Source: Deltaproteobacteria bacterium (GTDB lineage Bacteria > Desulfobacterota > Binatia > Binatales > Binataceae). Taken from it: a stretch of 32,000 bases of DNA. The translations under genes and the position numbers were made by a program. The DNA is taken from assembly GCA_021794015.1 (NCBI GenBank), contig JAJYRQ010000004.1:72901-104900 (forward strand), in the 5' to 3' direction. The notes under the pieces are model-generated. The model worked only from the letters and a program-made list of their open reading frames with translations, did no database searches and had not been told where the DNA came from. This document shows positions 9,224 through 18,018 of this stretch, one piece after another; the stretch's first letter is position 1, and each line of letters begins with the position of its first letter.

Positions 9224-9424
9224 AAGCCCGCGTCCCCGCCATCTTGGCTCTGCGGTACCAGCCACCGGCGCGCCCATGGGCCACCGGTGGCAGAGCCGCT
9301 CGTCGCGGATGACGAAGGTTGAATCTAGCAGGCTCGCCGCCTGGGCTCCACATCTCCCGAGCTGCGGCGAGCTTACTGTCCGGCAGCGGCCGATGCCGGC
9401 GAGGTGCGGTAAAGAGGGCGGACG

Positions 9425-10216
9425 CTACGGCCCTGTGCTGAGAAACTGCTGTTGCTCGCCTTCCAGGACCAGACAGGTCAGAATCCCGCTTTCGTAGGCG
9501 CCGGTGTCGATCCCGATGCGATTGTGGCGTACGTCGGGAGCCGTGCTGATGCAATGCCCGTGCACCACGATGGCGCCGAAATCGGCTTGCGAGGTCACGA
9601 ACCGCTTGCCGATCCAGAGCAGGTCCCGGTCGCTCTGGGCGTCTATCGGGACGCCGGGGCGGACCCCGGCATGAACGAAAAGATAATCACCCTCGCGGTG
9701 GCGGACTTTGAGCGCTCGGAAGAACTGCAGGTGGGATGCCGGCATCTGGCTGGCGACCCGGGCGCGCAGCTCTGCCAGGGCTGCCGCGCTCTGGACCCCT
9801 GCGGGTGGTGTGGCGATCCCGTAGCTGGCCAGGGTGTCGCGCCCGCCGTAGGTGAGCCAATGGCCCCCCGCTTCGTCGTCGCCGTCCAGGAAGCGAAGCA
9901 GGAGGTCTTCGTGGTTGCCCTTGAGGGCGACCGTTTCGAAGCCGGCAAGGGGTTGTCGCACCAGGGTTTCGACCGCGCGGCAGGAGTCGGGACCGCGGTC
10001 GATGTAGTCGCCCAGATAGACCGCCACGCGGCGCACGGCCGTTGCCCGTCGGGCGTTGTCGCGGATCGCCGCGTGGATGCGGTCCAGCAGGTCGGCCCGC
10101 CCGTGAACGTCACCGATCACGTAAACGACGCATCCGGAAGGTACACGCCCGGCGGGCGCTCCCGGCCCCTCGCCCGCCGGCGGCAGACGAAAGGGAGGCG
10201 GAAAAGGCTCATTCAT
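9425..10216 (-). CDS. PPP-family metallophosphoesterase (Ser/Thr phosphatase-like)
   Basis: 263 aa with GDVHGR, GDYIDRGPDS, LKGNHED, and later HGH...(VVHGHC), the PPP metal-binding signatures. Confidence 0.92.
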   Translation of the reverse strand: MNEPFPPPFRLPPAGEGPGAPAGRVPSGCVVYVIGDVHGRADLLDRIHAAIRDNARRATAVRRVAVYLGDYIDRGPDSCRAVETLVRQPLAGFETVALKGNHEDLLLRFLDGDDEAGGHWLTYGGRDTLASYGIATPPAGVQSAAALAELRARVASQMPASHLQFFRALKVRHREGDYLFVHAGVRPGVPIDAQSDRDLLWIGKRFVTSQADFGAIVVHGHCISTAPDVRHNRIGIDTGAYESGILTCLVLEGEQQQFLSTGP

Positions 10217-10790
10217 CCGCCGGCTCCGGCCGTTCGCCCCAGCGGCGGAAAAGCGAGTGCTCGATGCCGAACTGGTCGAGCGCCTTGCCGATGGTCTGAT
10301 GGATGAGATCCAGGATCGTCAGGGGACGATGGTAAAAGGCGGGCACCGGCGGCAGAATGACCGCGCCCAGGTCCGCAGCCTCAGCCATAAGCTTCAGGTG
10401 GCCTTTGTGCAGGGGCGTTTCCCGCACCATCAGGACCAGCCGCCGGCGCTCCTTGAGCGTTACGTCGGCGGCACGCCCGACCAGATTTGCGGCCGCCGAG
10501 TTGGCGATCGCCGATAGGGTCTTGATACTGCACGGAGCCACGATCATACCCCGGGTAGGAAACGACCCGCTGGCGGGCGCGGCGCTGAGATCCTCGCTGT
10601 CATAGACCACGTCGGCCATGGCCTTGACTTCGGCCAGCGAGTAGGCGGTTTCGATCTTGAAGTTTCGCGCCGCCGCCTCGCTGATTATCAGGTGAGCCGG
10701 CGCGCCCAGCCTGCGCAGCGCCTTGAGCGTCTCGACGCCATAAATGACGCCCGAGGCGCCCGTGATGGCGACCAGCAGCGGCGCGGTCAC
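10209..10790 (-). CDS. ubiX: UbiX-family flavin prenyltransferase
   Basis: 193 aa; VAITGASGVIYGVETLKAL, FPTRGMIVAPCSIKTLSAIANS, ERRRLVLMVRETPLHKGHL are typical UbiX/Pad1 motifs. Confidence 0.96.
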   Translation of the reverse strand: MTAPLLVAITGASGVIYGVETLKALRRLGAPAHLIISEAAARNFKIETAYSLAEVKAMADVVYDSEDLSAAPASGSFPTRGMIVAPCSIKTLSAIANSAAANLVGRAADVTLKERRRLVLMVRETPLHKGHLKLMAEAADLGAVILPPVPAFYHRPLTILDLIHQTIGKALDQFGIEHSLFRRWGERPEPADE

Positions 10791-11188
10791 CGGCGCCTCT
10801 CTGCCTGCTTGAGTCTGCGTATCAGCTTATCGGTTACCTCGCGGCAGTGCATGATGACGGTGCCGAGCCTGCGGCGGTCCAGGCCGTCCCAGTGGACACC
10901 GGCGGCTACGACCACGTTGGTGTTAAGCGCTGCGGCCAACGCTTCGGCGGCCTGTTTGACCACGACGTCTTCCTTGTGGCCCGGGTAGGTCAGGACCGAG
11001 GAGGTGGCGCTGGTCTTCGCCGGGTCGGCCAAGCTTGGGCGAGGTTGAGCGGCGGCGACGGCGCCGATGTGCGGCCGGGTTCCGCCCCATATGAAAACCA
11101 GCAGGTCGGCGCCGATCCGGACTGCTTCGGCTTCGACGCGCAGCGTACGGGTGCTGCTGCGTAGCCGAAGACGCTCTACGGCCGCCAT
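10787..11188 (-). CDS. LpdD-like prenylated-flavin chaperone domain protein (start uncertain; ORF extends to 11257)
   Basis: GADLLVFIWGGTRPHIGAVAAAQPRPSLADPAKTSATSSVLTYPGHKEDVVVKQAAEALAAALNTNVVVAAGVHWDGL, the pattern I recognise for the small protein accompanying UbiD-type hydroxyarylate decarboxylases; 4-nt overlap with ubiX. Confidence 0.78.
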   Translation of the reverse strand: MAAVERLRLRSSTRTLRVEAEAVRIGADLLVFIWGGTRPHIGAVAAAQPRPSLADPAKTSATSSVLTYPGHKEDVVVKQAAEALAAALNTNVVVAAGVHWDGLDRRRLGTVIMHCREVTDKLIRRLKQAERRR

Positions 11189-11382
11189 GACTTGTCGCGC
11201 CGGCCAGCGCCGTGGTTTCGTTGCCGGCCGGCGACGCCCGTGCTCAAGCCGCACCAACGACGCCCGCCAACCCGCACCAGGGCGGGCGGTTTCCTGTCAC
11301 GCGCGGGCCTTTTGGCGTCTTGAACCAGGCTTTCGATGCTTGCGGCTAGAGCGTCGCGCCGCATCCGGTTGTCGGCCGACAT
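11176..11382 (-). CDS. small hypothetical ORF directly after the ligase stop codon
   Basis: 68 aa ORF; ATG at 11380-11382, two nt past the ligase stop. No homology recognised; may be spurious. Confidence 0.2.
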   Translation of the reverse strand: MSADNRMRRDALAASIESLVQDAKRPARDRKPPALVRVGGRRWCGLSTGVAGRQRNHGAGRRDKSWRP

Positions 11383-11383
11383 C

Positions 11384-13063
11384 TCAGGTCTTGCTTGCCT
11401 TCAACGGGAACTCGGGGGAGTCTGCGGTTAGGCGGCTGTCGATTTGCTGTCGCAGCGCCTTTTTGTCGACCTTGCCCGAATCGCCCACCGTCGGCATCGA
11501 AGCTACCATCTCGAGCCGTTCTGGGAACTTATACCGGGCGATCTTTTTCTCGGCCAAAAAGCGGGTCATCGCTTCAAAGCTGAACGTCCGGCCCGGCCGC
11601 GTCACGACGCAAGCCGCGGCGCGCTCGCCGTACACCGGGTCGGGGATTGCGACCACGGCTACCGCGGCGACTGCGGGATGCTCGTTGAGCAGGCCCTCGA
11701 CCTCGGCCGGGTAGATGTTCTGCCCGCCCCGGATAATCACATCCTTCTTGCGTCCTAGCACCCACAGGCAGCCACGCTCCATCTTGACCACATCCTCGGT
11801 TGTGGTCCATCCCTCGGCGTCAAAGACCTGCGCCGTCAAGGCGGGATCACGGTAGTATCCGGCGGGAGCGTGTGGCCCACGTATCCAGAGCACGCCGGGC
11901 TCGCCGTCAGGCGCTGCCGTGCCGGCGTCGTCGAGCAGCCGCACCTGGTTGCCCGGCAGCGGGCGGCCCACGGTACGGCGGCGCAAATCAGCCGGATCGT
12001 TGACCTGGCAGCCGGAGACCGACCCGCGGTCTTGCGTGCCAAGGTCGCTGGTGATGACGGCACCGAGCCGCCGTTCCGCCTCTTCCGCTAACTGAGGCGA
12101 GAGATAGCCGCCGGCGCAGCGGATGAACCGCAGCGCTGATAGGTCGTAATCCTCGGGTTTGCTTTCCAGCATCCGCACCAGGTGCGTGGGCACGACCCCG
12201 ATGGCGGTGACTCTCTCCCGGGCCATCAACTCAAGCGCAGTTTGCGGATTGAACTCTTCGAGCATCACCGTTTTGGCGCCGACCAGCGGCGCAGCGAAGT
12301 AGGTCAGCGTCCCGGCGGCGCCGCCGGCGTGGGGCGCCACCGCCATGGTCACGTCGTCGGCGCGCAGTTGCCACAGCTCGACGCGCGCCTTCGAGGTGCA
12401 CAGCCGCGGCGCAATCGGCCATTCCACCAGCTTGGGGAGCCCGGTGGTGCCGCTGGTGGTGGTCAGCAGCGCCACATCCCAAAACGGGTCCAGCCGCCGG
12501 CGCGCCAGCGTCGCCGGCTCGGCCTTGTCCAGGTAGTCGCGGGCCGCTCTGACCAGTGAGCGCACGCCAGCCGTGTCGCCAGCCGGAAGCTCCGCGTCGA
12601 AAAGGTAAATTCGCGTCAGGCTGGGGAACCTGCCCATCAGCTCCCGGTACATGGCCAGGTAGTCGAAGTCGCGGTAGCGGCGCGGGATGACCGCCATGCT
12701 GGCCTGGGTCTGCTCGACCATATATTCCAGCTCGGCCTGGCGCAGGTAGGGGTAGGCGGTAAGGGAAATCAGGCCAGCACGCTCGCAGGCGATGCGTGCC
12801 AGGAAGCCGTAGACGCTGTTGGGCGCCTGGACGATCACGCGGGCGTCGCGCGGCAGCCCGTCATCGATCCAGGCCGCCGCGATGGCGTCGACGAGGCGCG
12901 CGGCCTCGGCCCAGGTGACCCGGTAGTTGGAATCGACGAGCGCTTCCCGGTCCGGCCGCTCGGCCGCATTGCGTTGGTAGAAGTCGTAGAAAGTCTCGTT
13001 GGTCCAGTGGCCTTGGCGTACGAACTCGTCCACCATCGGGGGAAGGTAACGGATCGGCCTCAT
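11384..13063 (-). CDS. AMP-forming acyl/aryl-CoA ligase (ANL superfamily)
   Basis: 559 aa; LLTTTSGTTGLPKLVEW (P-loop-like), GWTTTEDVVKMERGCLWVLGRKKDVIIRGGQNIYPAEVEGLL, and C-terminal GKVDKKALR with the catalytic Lys. Confidence 0.94.
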   Translation of the reverse strand: MRPIRYLPPMVDEFVRQGHWTNETFYDFYQRNAAERPDREALVDSNYRVTWAEAARLVDAIAAAWIDDGLPRDARVIVQAPNSVYGFLARIACERAGLISLTAYPYLRQAELEYMVEQTQASMAVIPRRYRDFDYLAMYRELMGRFPSLTRIYLFDAELPAGDTAGVRSLVRAARDYLDKAEPATLARRRLDPFWDVALLTTTSGTTGLPKLVEWPIAPRLCTSKARVELWQLRADDVTMAVAPHAGGAAGTLTYFAAPLVGAKTVMLEEFNPQTALELMARERVTAIGVVPTHLVRMLESKPEDYDLSALRFIRCAGGYLSPQLAEEAERRLGAVITSDLGTQDRGSVSGCQVNDPADLRRRTVGRPLPGNQVRLLDDAGTAAPDGEPGVLWIRGPHAPAGYYRDPALTAQVFDAEGWTTTEDVVKMERGCLWVLGRKKDVIIRGGQNIYPAEVEGLLNEHPAVAAVAVVAIPDPVYGERAAACVVTRPGRTFSFEAMTRFLAEKKIARYKFPERLEMVASMPTVGDSGKVDKKALRQQIDSRLTADSPEFPLKASKT

Positions 13064-13115
13064 GGGGAATCGCCTTACTGCGAGCGGTCCTGGCTGCCGT
13101 TCGGCCCCGGCAAGG

Positions 13116-14612
13116 TCAAGTGCCCGGCTTTTTCTGGGTCGAAGGAGCGGCCGGGCGGGTCAGGCGGTCGATCATCTGCGCCACCGGACTTGAGCCGGCG
13201 AAGCCGTACTCATTCCAGCGTTCGGAGACCTTTTGCAGCACGGTCCGGTCCATGAAAATTTCCCGGGGCTTTTTCTTCCACTCAAAGGGCGTGCAGGCGT
13301 CGAGCAGGATGCGGCTGGTTATTTCGCGCGCCTCGATGGGCAGTCCGGGGTCGAGCGGGGTGGAGCGGCCGCGGTCGATAATCTGGGCCGAGCGCTTGGG
13401 ATCGAAGCGGGTTGCCAGCGCCCACATCACGCGGTCCCAGTCGTCGGCGGCGACGTCGTGGTCCACCACAATTACGCCCTTGACGCCGTAGTGCCCGGTG
13501 GTGCTCGCGATCACCGCGTTGGCCACGTGGTTGGAATGCCCGGGGTACATCTGGCGCACCGACACGATCACCCAGTAGCGTCCGCAGGCCTCGGGCGGGA
13601 TGTAGACGCTCTGGATGCCCGGTACGCGCATGGTTTGCAGGTCGGACCAGAGCGTGGCGGTGCGGTTGAGCGACTGGATCATGTGAATGTCGTTGATCGG
13701 CTTACCCACGGTCGTGGCCCAGAAAATGGGATTATTGCGGTGTAGGATGCGCTGAACCCTGAGCGCCGGCTTCGGCCACTCCTCGTCGGCGTTGCCGGAA
13801 TAATAGCCGGTGTACTCGCCGAACGGCCCCTCGGGGTGCAGGTCCTTCGGGTCGATGTAGCCCTCAAGAATAATCTCGGCCGTGGCCGGCAGCTTGAGCC
13901 CGGTAAGATCGGACTCGAACACCGGCACCGGCGCCTGGCGCAAGGCTCCGCAGACGTCGTACTCGTCGGTTTGGGCGCTGACCAGCGTCGAGCTGGCCAG
14001 GAACAGGACCGGATCGCAGCCGATGACGGCCGCGGCCGGCATCACCTCGCCCCGTGCCTCGTGTTGCTTGAGCATCATGTCCCCGTGCTTGCCCTTGATT
14101 ATCTGGCAGCCGGCAAGGTCTTTGCCCAGTATCTGCATCCGGTAGGTGCCCAGGTTGGTCCAGCCGGTTTCCGGGTCTTTGGTCACCAGGTAGACTGCGG
14201 TGCCGATGAAGCGGCCGCCGTCCTCCGGGTAAAACCAGGGAGCGGGAAACATGTTGAGATCGACGCGGCTTCCCGTGAGCACGTTCTCCATTACCGGCGG
14301 CTGCTCGAATAACCGCGGCTTGATCAACTGGCGCGTGGTCAGCTCCATCCAGCGCTTGGAGAGCTGGCTCATCGAGAGAGCGGGGTCCTGCTCAAGACAG
14401 ATGGCGAGGCGCTGCGGCGTGGTAAAGGCGCTGGTCAGGACCGGAATCCGGTACCCTTTGACATTGCTATAGAGGAGCGCGGGCCCCTTCTGCTCTTCGT
14501 TCACCTTGGAGACGTGGCAGAGTTCCAGGTTCCAGTCGACTTCCGTTTTGACCTCGTGCAACACGCCGCGTTCCCTGCACGCGGCGATGAAATCTCTTAG
14601 GTCGCGGATCAT
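13116..14612 (-). CDS. UbiD-family (de)carboxylase
   Basis: 498 aa; MIRDLRDFIAACRERGVLHEV N-terminus, NLGTYRMQ, HPEGPFGEYTGYYSG (conserved acidic residues of UbiD), HSNHVANAVIASTTGHYGVKGVIVVDHDV. Confidence 0.95.
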   Translation of the reverse strand: MIRDLRDFIAACRERGVLHEVKTEVDWNLELCHVSKVNEEQKGPALLYSNVKGYRIPVLTSAFTTPQRLAICLEQDPALSMSQLSKRWMELTTRQLIKPRLFEQPPVMENVLTGSRVDLNMFPAPWFYPEDGGRFIGTAVYLVTKDPETGWTNLGTYRMQILGKDLAGCQIIKGKHGDMMLKQHEARGEVMPAAAVIGCDPVLFLASSTLVSAQTDEYDVCGALRQAPVPVFESDLTGLKLPATAEIILEGYIDPKDLHPEGPFGEYTGYYSGNADEEWPKPALRVQRILHRNNPIFWATTVGKPINDIHMIQSLNRTATLWSDLQTMRVPGIQSVYIPPEACGRYWVIVSVRQMYPGHSNHVANAVIASTTGHYGVKGVIVVDHDVAADDWDRVMWALATRFDPKRSAQIIDRGRSTPLDPGLPIEAREITSRILLDACTPFEWKKKPREIFMDRTVLQKVSERWNEYGFAGSSPVAQMIDRLTRPAAPSTQKKPGT

Positions 14613-14659
14613 CTTCCTACCTCCGGTAAGCTGCTATTGGCCGGCCGCCGTGCTCCGCC

Positions 14660-15763
14660 TCAGCCCAGCCGCTGGCCGGCCAGGATCGTTGAAAGGATCA
14701 GGTCCATGGGCGACGCGCCCGCAGGCGAGGCCGGCACGCGCGCCTTGTTGCTCCAGACGGTCTCGGGGCGCGCCTGCAGGATGAAGACATCGGTTGCTCC
14801 CGCAGTCCCCCGTTCCACCGCCCATTCGAGGTCGAGCGGGTAGCCGTAATGCTGTTCGAGGCGCTTGCCGATGCCCGCCAGCTCGACGATTTCCTCGTCG
14901 CGCAGTGAGGGCGCCTCCTGCAGCTCGGCGGCCAGCTCGAAGCGCCGCGAAACCTGGCTTTCGCGGTCGACCGTATAGTAAACCTGCTTGCGCGAAACGA
15001 CGCGGCGGAGAATCTCCAGGCCGACCTTGTTGACCATGAATTCGTCGGGGGTAACTTCGCCGCCTACCACCGATTCGCCGAAACCGAAGTTGGCGTTGAT
15101 AAGGATGGTCGACGGGTCGCCGTTGGAGGGATTTAGGGTGAACATCACTCCGGCCGCCGATGAATCGACCATCTTCTGCACGCCGACGCAGATCGCCACC
15201 TTGTCGTGGTCGAAGCCCATCCGAGCGCGGTAGGCGAGCGCCCGCGCGCCGAAAAGACTCGCAAAACATCGCCGCACGTACTGCAGCACCTGGCCGGCGC
15301 CACGAATCCAGAGAAAGGAATCCTGTTGGCCGGCGAAGCTGGCGTTGGGCAGGTCCTCGGCCGTGGCGCTCGAGCGTACTGCAACCGCAACCGCCGCATC
15401 GCCGCAACGTTCGCCCAGTCGGCGGTAGAACTCGGCGATCTCGTCTTCCAGTTGTGCGGTGAATGTTGCGCTTTCAAGATGGGCGCGGATTTCGGCGCTC
15501 GCCGCATCCAGCGCTTGCGGGTCGCGGTAGTCGAGCTGTTCGAGGTGCGAAGCGAGAAGGTGCTGCGCGCCGCTCCCGGCCAGAAACTGCCGATAACCCG
15601 CAACGGTTACCGCAAAGCCCGGCGGGACCAGCGCTCCGGCGCGCATCAACTCGCCCAGCGAGGCGCACTTGCCGCCCACCAGCGCGGTCGAACCTTGGCT
15701 GCAGTCGTGCAGCCAGCAGACCAGCGGACTCGCCTTCATCGTGCTTCCCTCGACTCCTCGCAA
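14660..15763 (-). CDS. PEP-synthase N-terminal (ATP-grasp) domain protein, phenylphosphate synthase beta-subunit-like
   Basis: 367 aa, about 40 kDa; VGGKCASLGELMRAGALVPPGFAVT, AVRSSATAEDLPNASFAGQQDSFLWI, GVMFTLNPSNGDPSTILINANFGFGESVVGGEVTPDEFMVNK, DLEWAVERGTAGATDVFILQARPETVW. Lacks the mobile His domain, which sits in the neighbouring gene. Confidence 0.85.
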   Translation of the reverse strand: MRGVEGSTMKASPLVCWLHDCSQGSTALVGGKCASLGELMRAGALVPPGFAVTVAGYRQFLAGSGAQHLLASHLEQLDYRDPQALDAASAEIRAHLESATFTAQLEDEIAEFYRRLGERCGDAAVAVAVRSSATAEDLPNASFAGQQDSFLWIRGAGQVLQYVRRCFASLFGARALAYRARMGFDHDKVAICVGVQKMVDSSAAGVMFTLNPSNGDPSTILINANFGFGESVVGGEVTPDEFMVNKVGLEILRRVVSRKQVYYTVDRESQVSRRFELAAELQEAPSLRDEEIVELAGIGKRLEQHYGYPLDLEWAVERGTAGATDVFILQARPETVWSNKARVPASPAGASPMDLILSTILAGQRLG

Positions 15764-15821
15764 CCCAGCGCCAGGGCTTGGTAGGCTGAGGGCGCAGGCG
15801 CTACCGCGCCCTGACGCCGGC

Positions 15822-17669
15822 CTATGGAACGACCGTGATGGTGCCCTCGGAACCGTCGACGCGAATCGTCGTGCCGCTTTTTATCACCGAGGTTGCCGAC
15901 CCGGTGCCGACCACGGCCGGCACACCGTATTCACGGCAGACGATCGCCGCGTGGCACATGACGCCGCCGACGTCGGTGACGCAGGCCTTGATCTTGACGA
16001 ACGCCGGCGCCCACGACGGCGAGGTGGTGGGAGCCACCAGGATTTCTCCTTCCTGGAGTTCGCCGATCTCCTCGACGGAGCGGCAGACGCGAGCCTTTCC
16101 TTCGACCACGCCGGGACTTCCGGCAAAGCCGGTAAGCCGGGGGATGCTGGCTCCGTCGCCCGCCTCGCGCAGCTTCGCCCAGGCGTTGAGCGATTCGTTG
16201 GTTATGCCCCAGAGCACCACGGTAAAAGGCTCCTGGATGATCTCCGGCTTGGTGCCGACGGCCGGCGGCGGCCTCCAGGCGCGAAACTTCTCCATCACGC
16301 CCTTGCGCCACTGGATTTCCTGGGGCCACACCTTGGGACCGCGCGGCTTCACGCCCGTTGCCCAGGCGGTCACCAGGTCCCACAGCGCGTCCTTGATCTC
16401 GGCGCGTTTGAGGTACCAGATGTCCTCGACATCGTGGATAAACCCGTGCTCCTTCATGATTGCGGCGACTTCGCGCAGCTTGTTCCAAAACTCCGAATGG
16501 AACCAGTGCTCGACGTAGAAGAGGTGGTTCTCAACGTAGGGGAAGACAGTCCTGGAGGTGCCGAGGAGCTGATCGAAGGTGGCGCGATCCTGCTCGCTCT
16601 TGATAAGGGCCCGGTATTCGGCGGTGATGCGGTCGCGCTCCGCGCGTATCTGTTCTACCGGACGCTCGATCGCTACGCCTTGGCGAAGCTTGTCAAGGTA
16701 GGTGCGAATCGACGCAAGCGGCAGGTCGAGATCATCATTCCAGCACCTGTCATGGTGGTACCAGCCGGTGCCGGCGGAGATGTAGAACCACGGATCGCGC
16801 ACCTCGGCCAGCGCGGCCAGCCATTTCCGCCCGGCCTCGGTGCCCTTTAGCGCCGTTTCGACCTGGGCGAAGCCGCCGCTTGAACTCAACACGCCGTCAA
16901 CGCCAAGTTCGAGCGCCTTGCGTGCCAGCTTCTTCAGCTCGTCGTCCGGCCGATACATGATGGTCTCGATGCCGGCCACCATCTGCGCCAGCCGCAGACT
17001 CGGAACGTCCGGGAACAACTTGCGGCAAAAATCCAGGAAGGTCACATAGGCCGCGTAGCCGAGATTGAGAAACTCGAAGTGGTACTGCCAGCAGCGAATC
17101 CCCAGGTCGATCAGCTGATCGTAGGCGCGCAGCAGATGGTAGCCCTTGGATTCACCCACGCCTTCGAACACCACGCGGCTGTCCTCGAGCGCCGGCAAAG
17201 GCTCGATCTTGAGCGCGCGCAACTCACCGATGGTTGCCTTGAGCTTGGTCTCCCATTTGGCCACCAGGCGGTCCCAGTTCTGGTAATAATAGCCGGCCCG
17301 TTCCATGAAGTGGGCGACCCGAGCTTCGATTTCCTTCGGATCGGTGACCGGCACCGGGCTGATGTAGAGGTAGCCGTTGACGATTCGGTGGTCTACGCCG
17401 TAGACCGGCGGAATGGCGAAGATGCGGGTGTTGTATTGCGAGAGGGCGAGGAACCAGGCTTCGTCCCAGATGATGTCGAAAGGATACATCGGTTCGGGGT
17501 AGTGTAGCCCGTCGTAAAACCAGAACATCTTCTCTTCGTAGGCGCGCCGCTCCGGGTCGTCCGTCACGAAACGATAGTGGTAGGGGTAGATTCGCTCCCA
17601 ACCCTCGGTTCCCGGGATGGCTTCGACGGCATGGGGAAGCTGGAACTCTGCCTTGGATTTGGCGCTCAT
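15822..17669 (-). CDS. PEP-utilising mobile-domain protein, phenylphosphate synthase alpha-subunit-like
   Basis: 615 aa, about 70 kDa; C-terminal GEILVAPTTSPSWAPAFVKIKACVTDVGGVMCHAAIVCREYGVPAVVGTGSAT (phospho-His swivelling domain) fused to a long N-terminal region unlike the PEP/pyruvate TIM barrel. Confidence 0.82.
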   Translation of the reverse strand: MSAKSKAEFQLPHAVEAIPGTEGWERIYPYHYRFVTDDPERRAYEEKMFWFYDGLHYPEPMYPFDIIWDEAWFLALSQYNTRIFAIPPVYGVDHRIVNGYLYISPVPVTDPKEIEARVAHFMERAGYYYQNWDRLVAKWETKLKATIGELRALKIEPLPALEDSRVVFEGVGESKGYHLLRAYDQLIDLGIRCWQYHFEFLNLGYAAYVTFLDFCRKLFPDVPSLRLAQMVAGIETIMYRPDDELKKLARKALELGVDGVLSSSGGFAQVETALKGTEAGRKWLAALAEVRDPWFYISAGTGWYHHDRCWNDDLDLPLASIRTYLDKLRQGVAIERPVEQIRAERDRITAEYRALIKSEQDRATFDQLLGTSRTVFPYVENHLFYVEHWFHSEFWNKLREVAAIMKEHGFIHDVEDIWYLKRAEIKDALWDLVTAWATGVKPRGPKVWPQEIQWRKGVMEKFRAWRPPPAVGTKPEIIQEPFTVVLWGITNESLNAWAKLREAGDGASIPRLTGFAGSPGVVEGKARVCRSVEEIGELQEGEILVAPTTSPSWAPAFVKIKACVTDVGGVMCHAAIVCREYGVPAVVGTGSATSVIKSGTTIRVDGSEGTITVVP

Positions 17670-17770
17670 GGTGTTCCTCCCGTGCGATGCGGCTGATGCG
17701 CACCCGCTTTGCGTTTCACCCGCGGCCTTTCTTCGGTCCTTCCGCGCAAGGCAATCTGAAGCGGCGTATG

Positions 17771-17786
17771 AGCAAGGGTTATGCCA
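17771..17786 (-). promoter_or_regulatory. sigma-54 (-24/-12) promoter for the phenylphosphate-synthase-like operon
   Basis: Minus strand TGGCATAACCCTTGCT versus consensus TGGCAC-N5-TTGC(A/T): GG and GC elements separated by exactly 10 nt; about 100 nt upstream of the 17669 start codon; a sigma-54 activator gene is divergent. Confidence 0.8.
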
Positions 17787-17911
17787 ATAGTCTTGCGCTC
17801 AGGCCTGGTTAACCGGCGTTAGCCGGCTTCAGGGTCGCCTGCCGCAGGGATAAATCGCCAAGGACAGGCGCAGCGCGAAGCGTCGGCGCGAGAGGCTGCG
17901 CGAGGCAATTG

Positions 17912-17929
17912 ATGATTTGGTCAAATCAT
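17912..17929. promoter_or_regulatory. candidate activator (XylR/DmpR-family) upstream activating sequence
   Basis: Perfect inverted repeat ATGATTTG-GT-CAAATCAT; an imperfect 12-bp tandem direct repeat TTGGTCAAATCA/TTGGTGAAATCG (17917-17940) overlaps it; about 125 bp upstream of the -24 element. Confidence 0.65.
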
Positions 17930-18018
17930 TGGTGAAATCGTTTGATCCGAGCCGGCCCAGGGTGCGAATATGGTCAAGCAATCCTCCCGGTGTTCGCGGC
18001 TTTTGGAGGGCCAGGGCA

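Noticed and set aside
15669-16850. 393-aa plus-strand ORF (and 17079..17507) antisense to the phenylphosphate-synthase-alpha-like gene
   Set aside because: Composition is Arg/Gly/Leu-rich with no recognisable motifs; fully overlaps a gene with strong family motifs. Long antisense ORFs are expected at this GC content.
17917-18018. TTG-initiated N-terminal extension of the sigma-54 activator
   Set aside because: It would run through the candidate activator-binding palindrome, lacks an obvious ribosome-binding site, and an ATG with ggaggg upstream exists at 18019.
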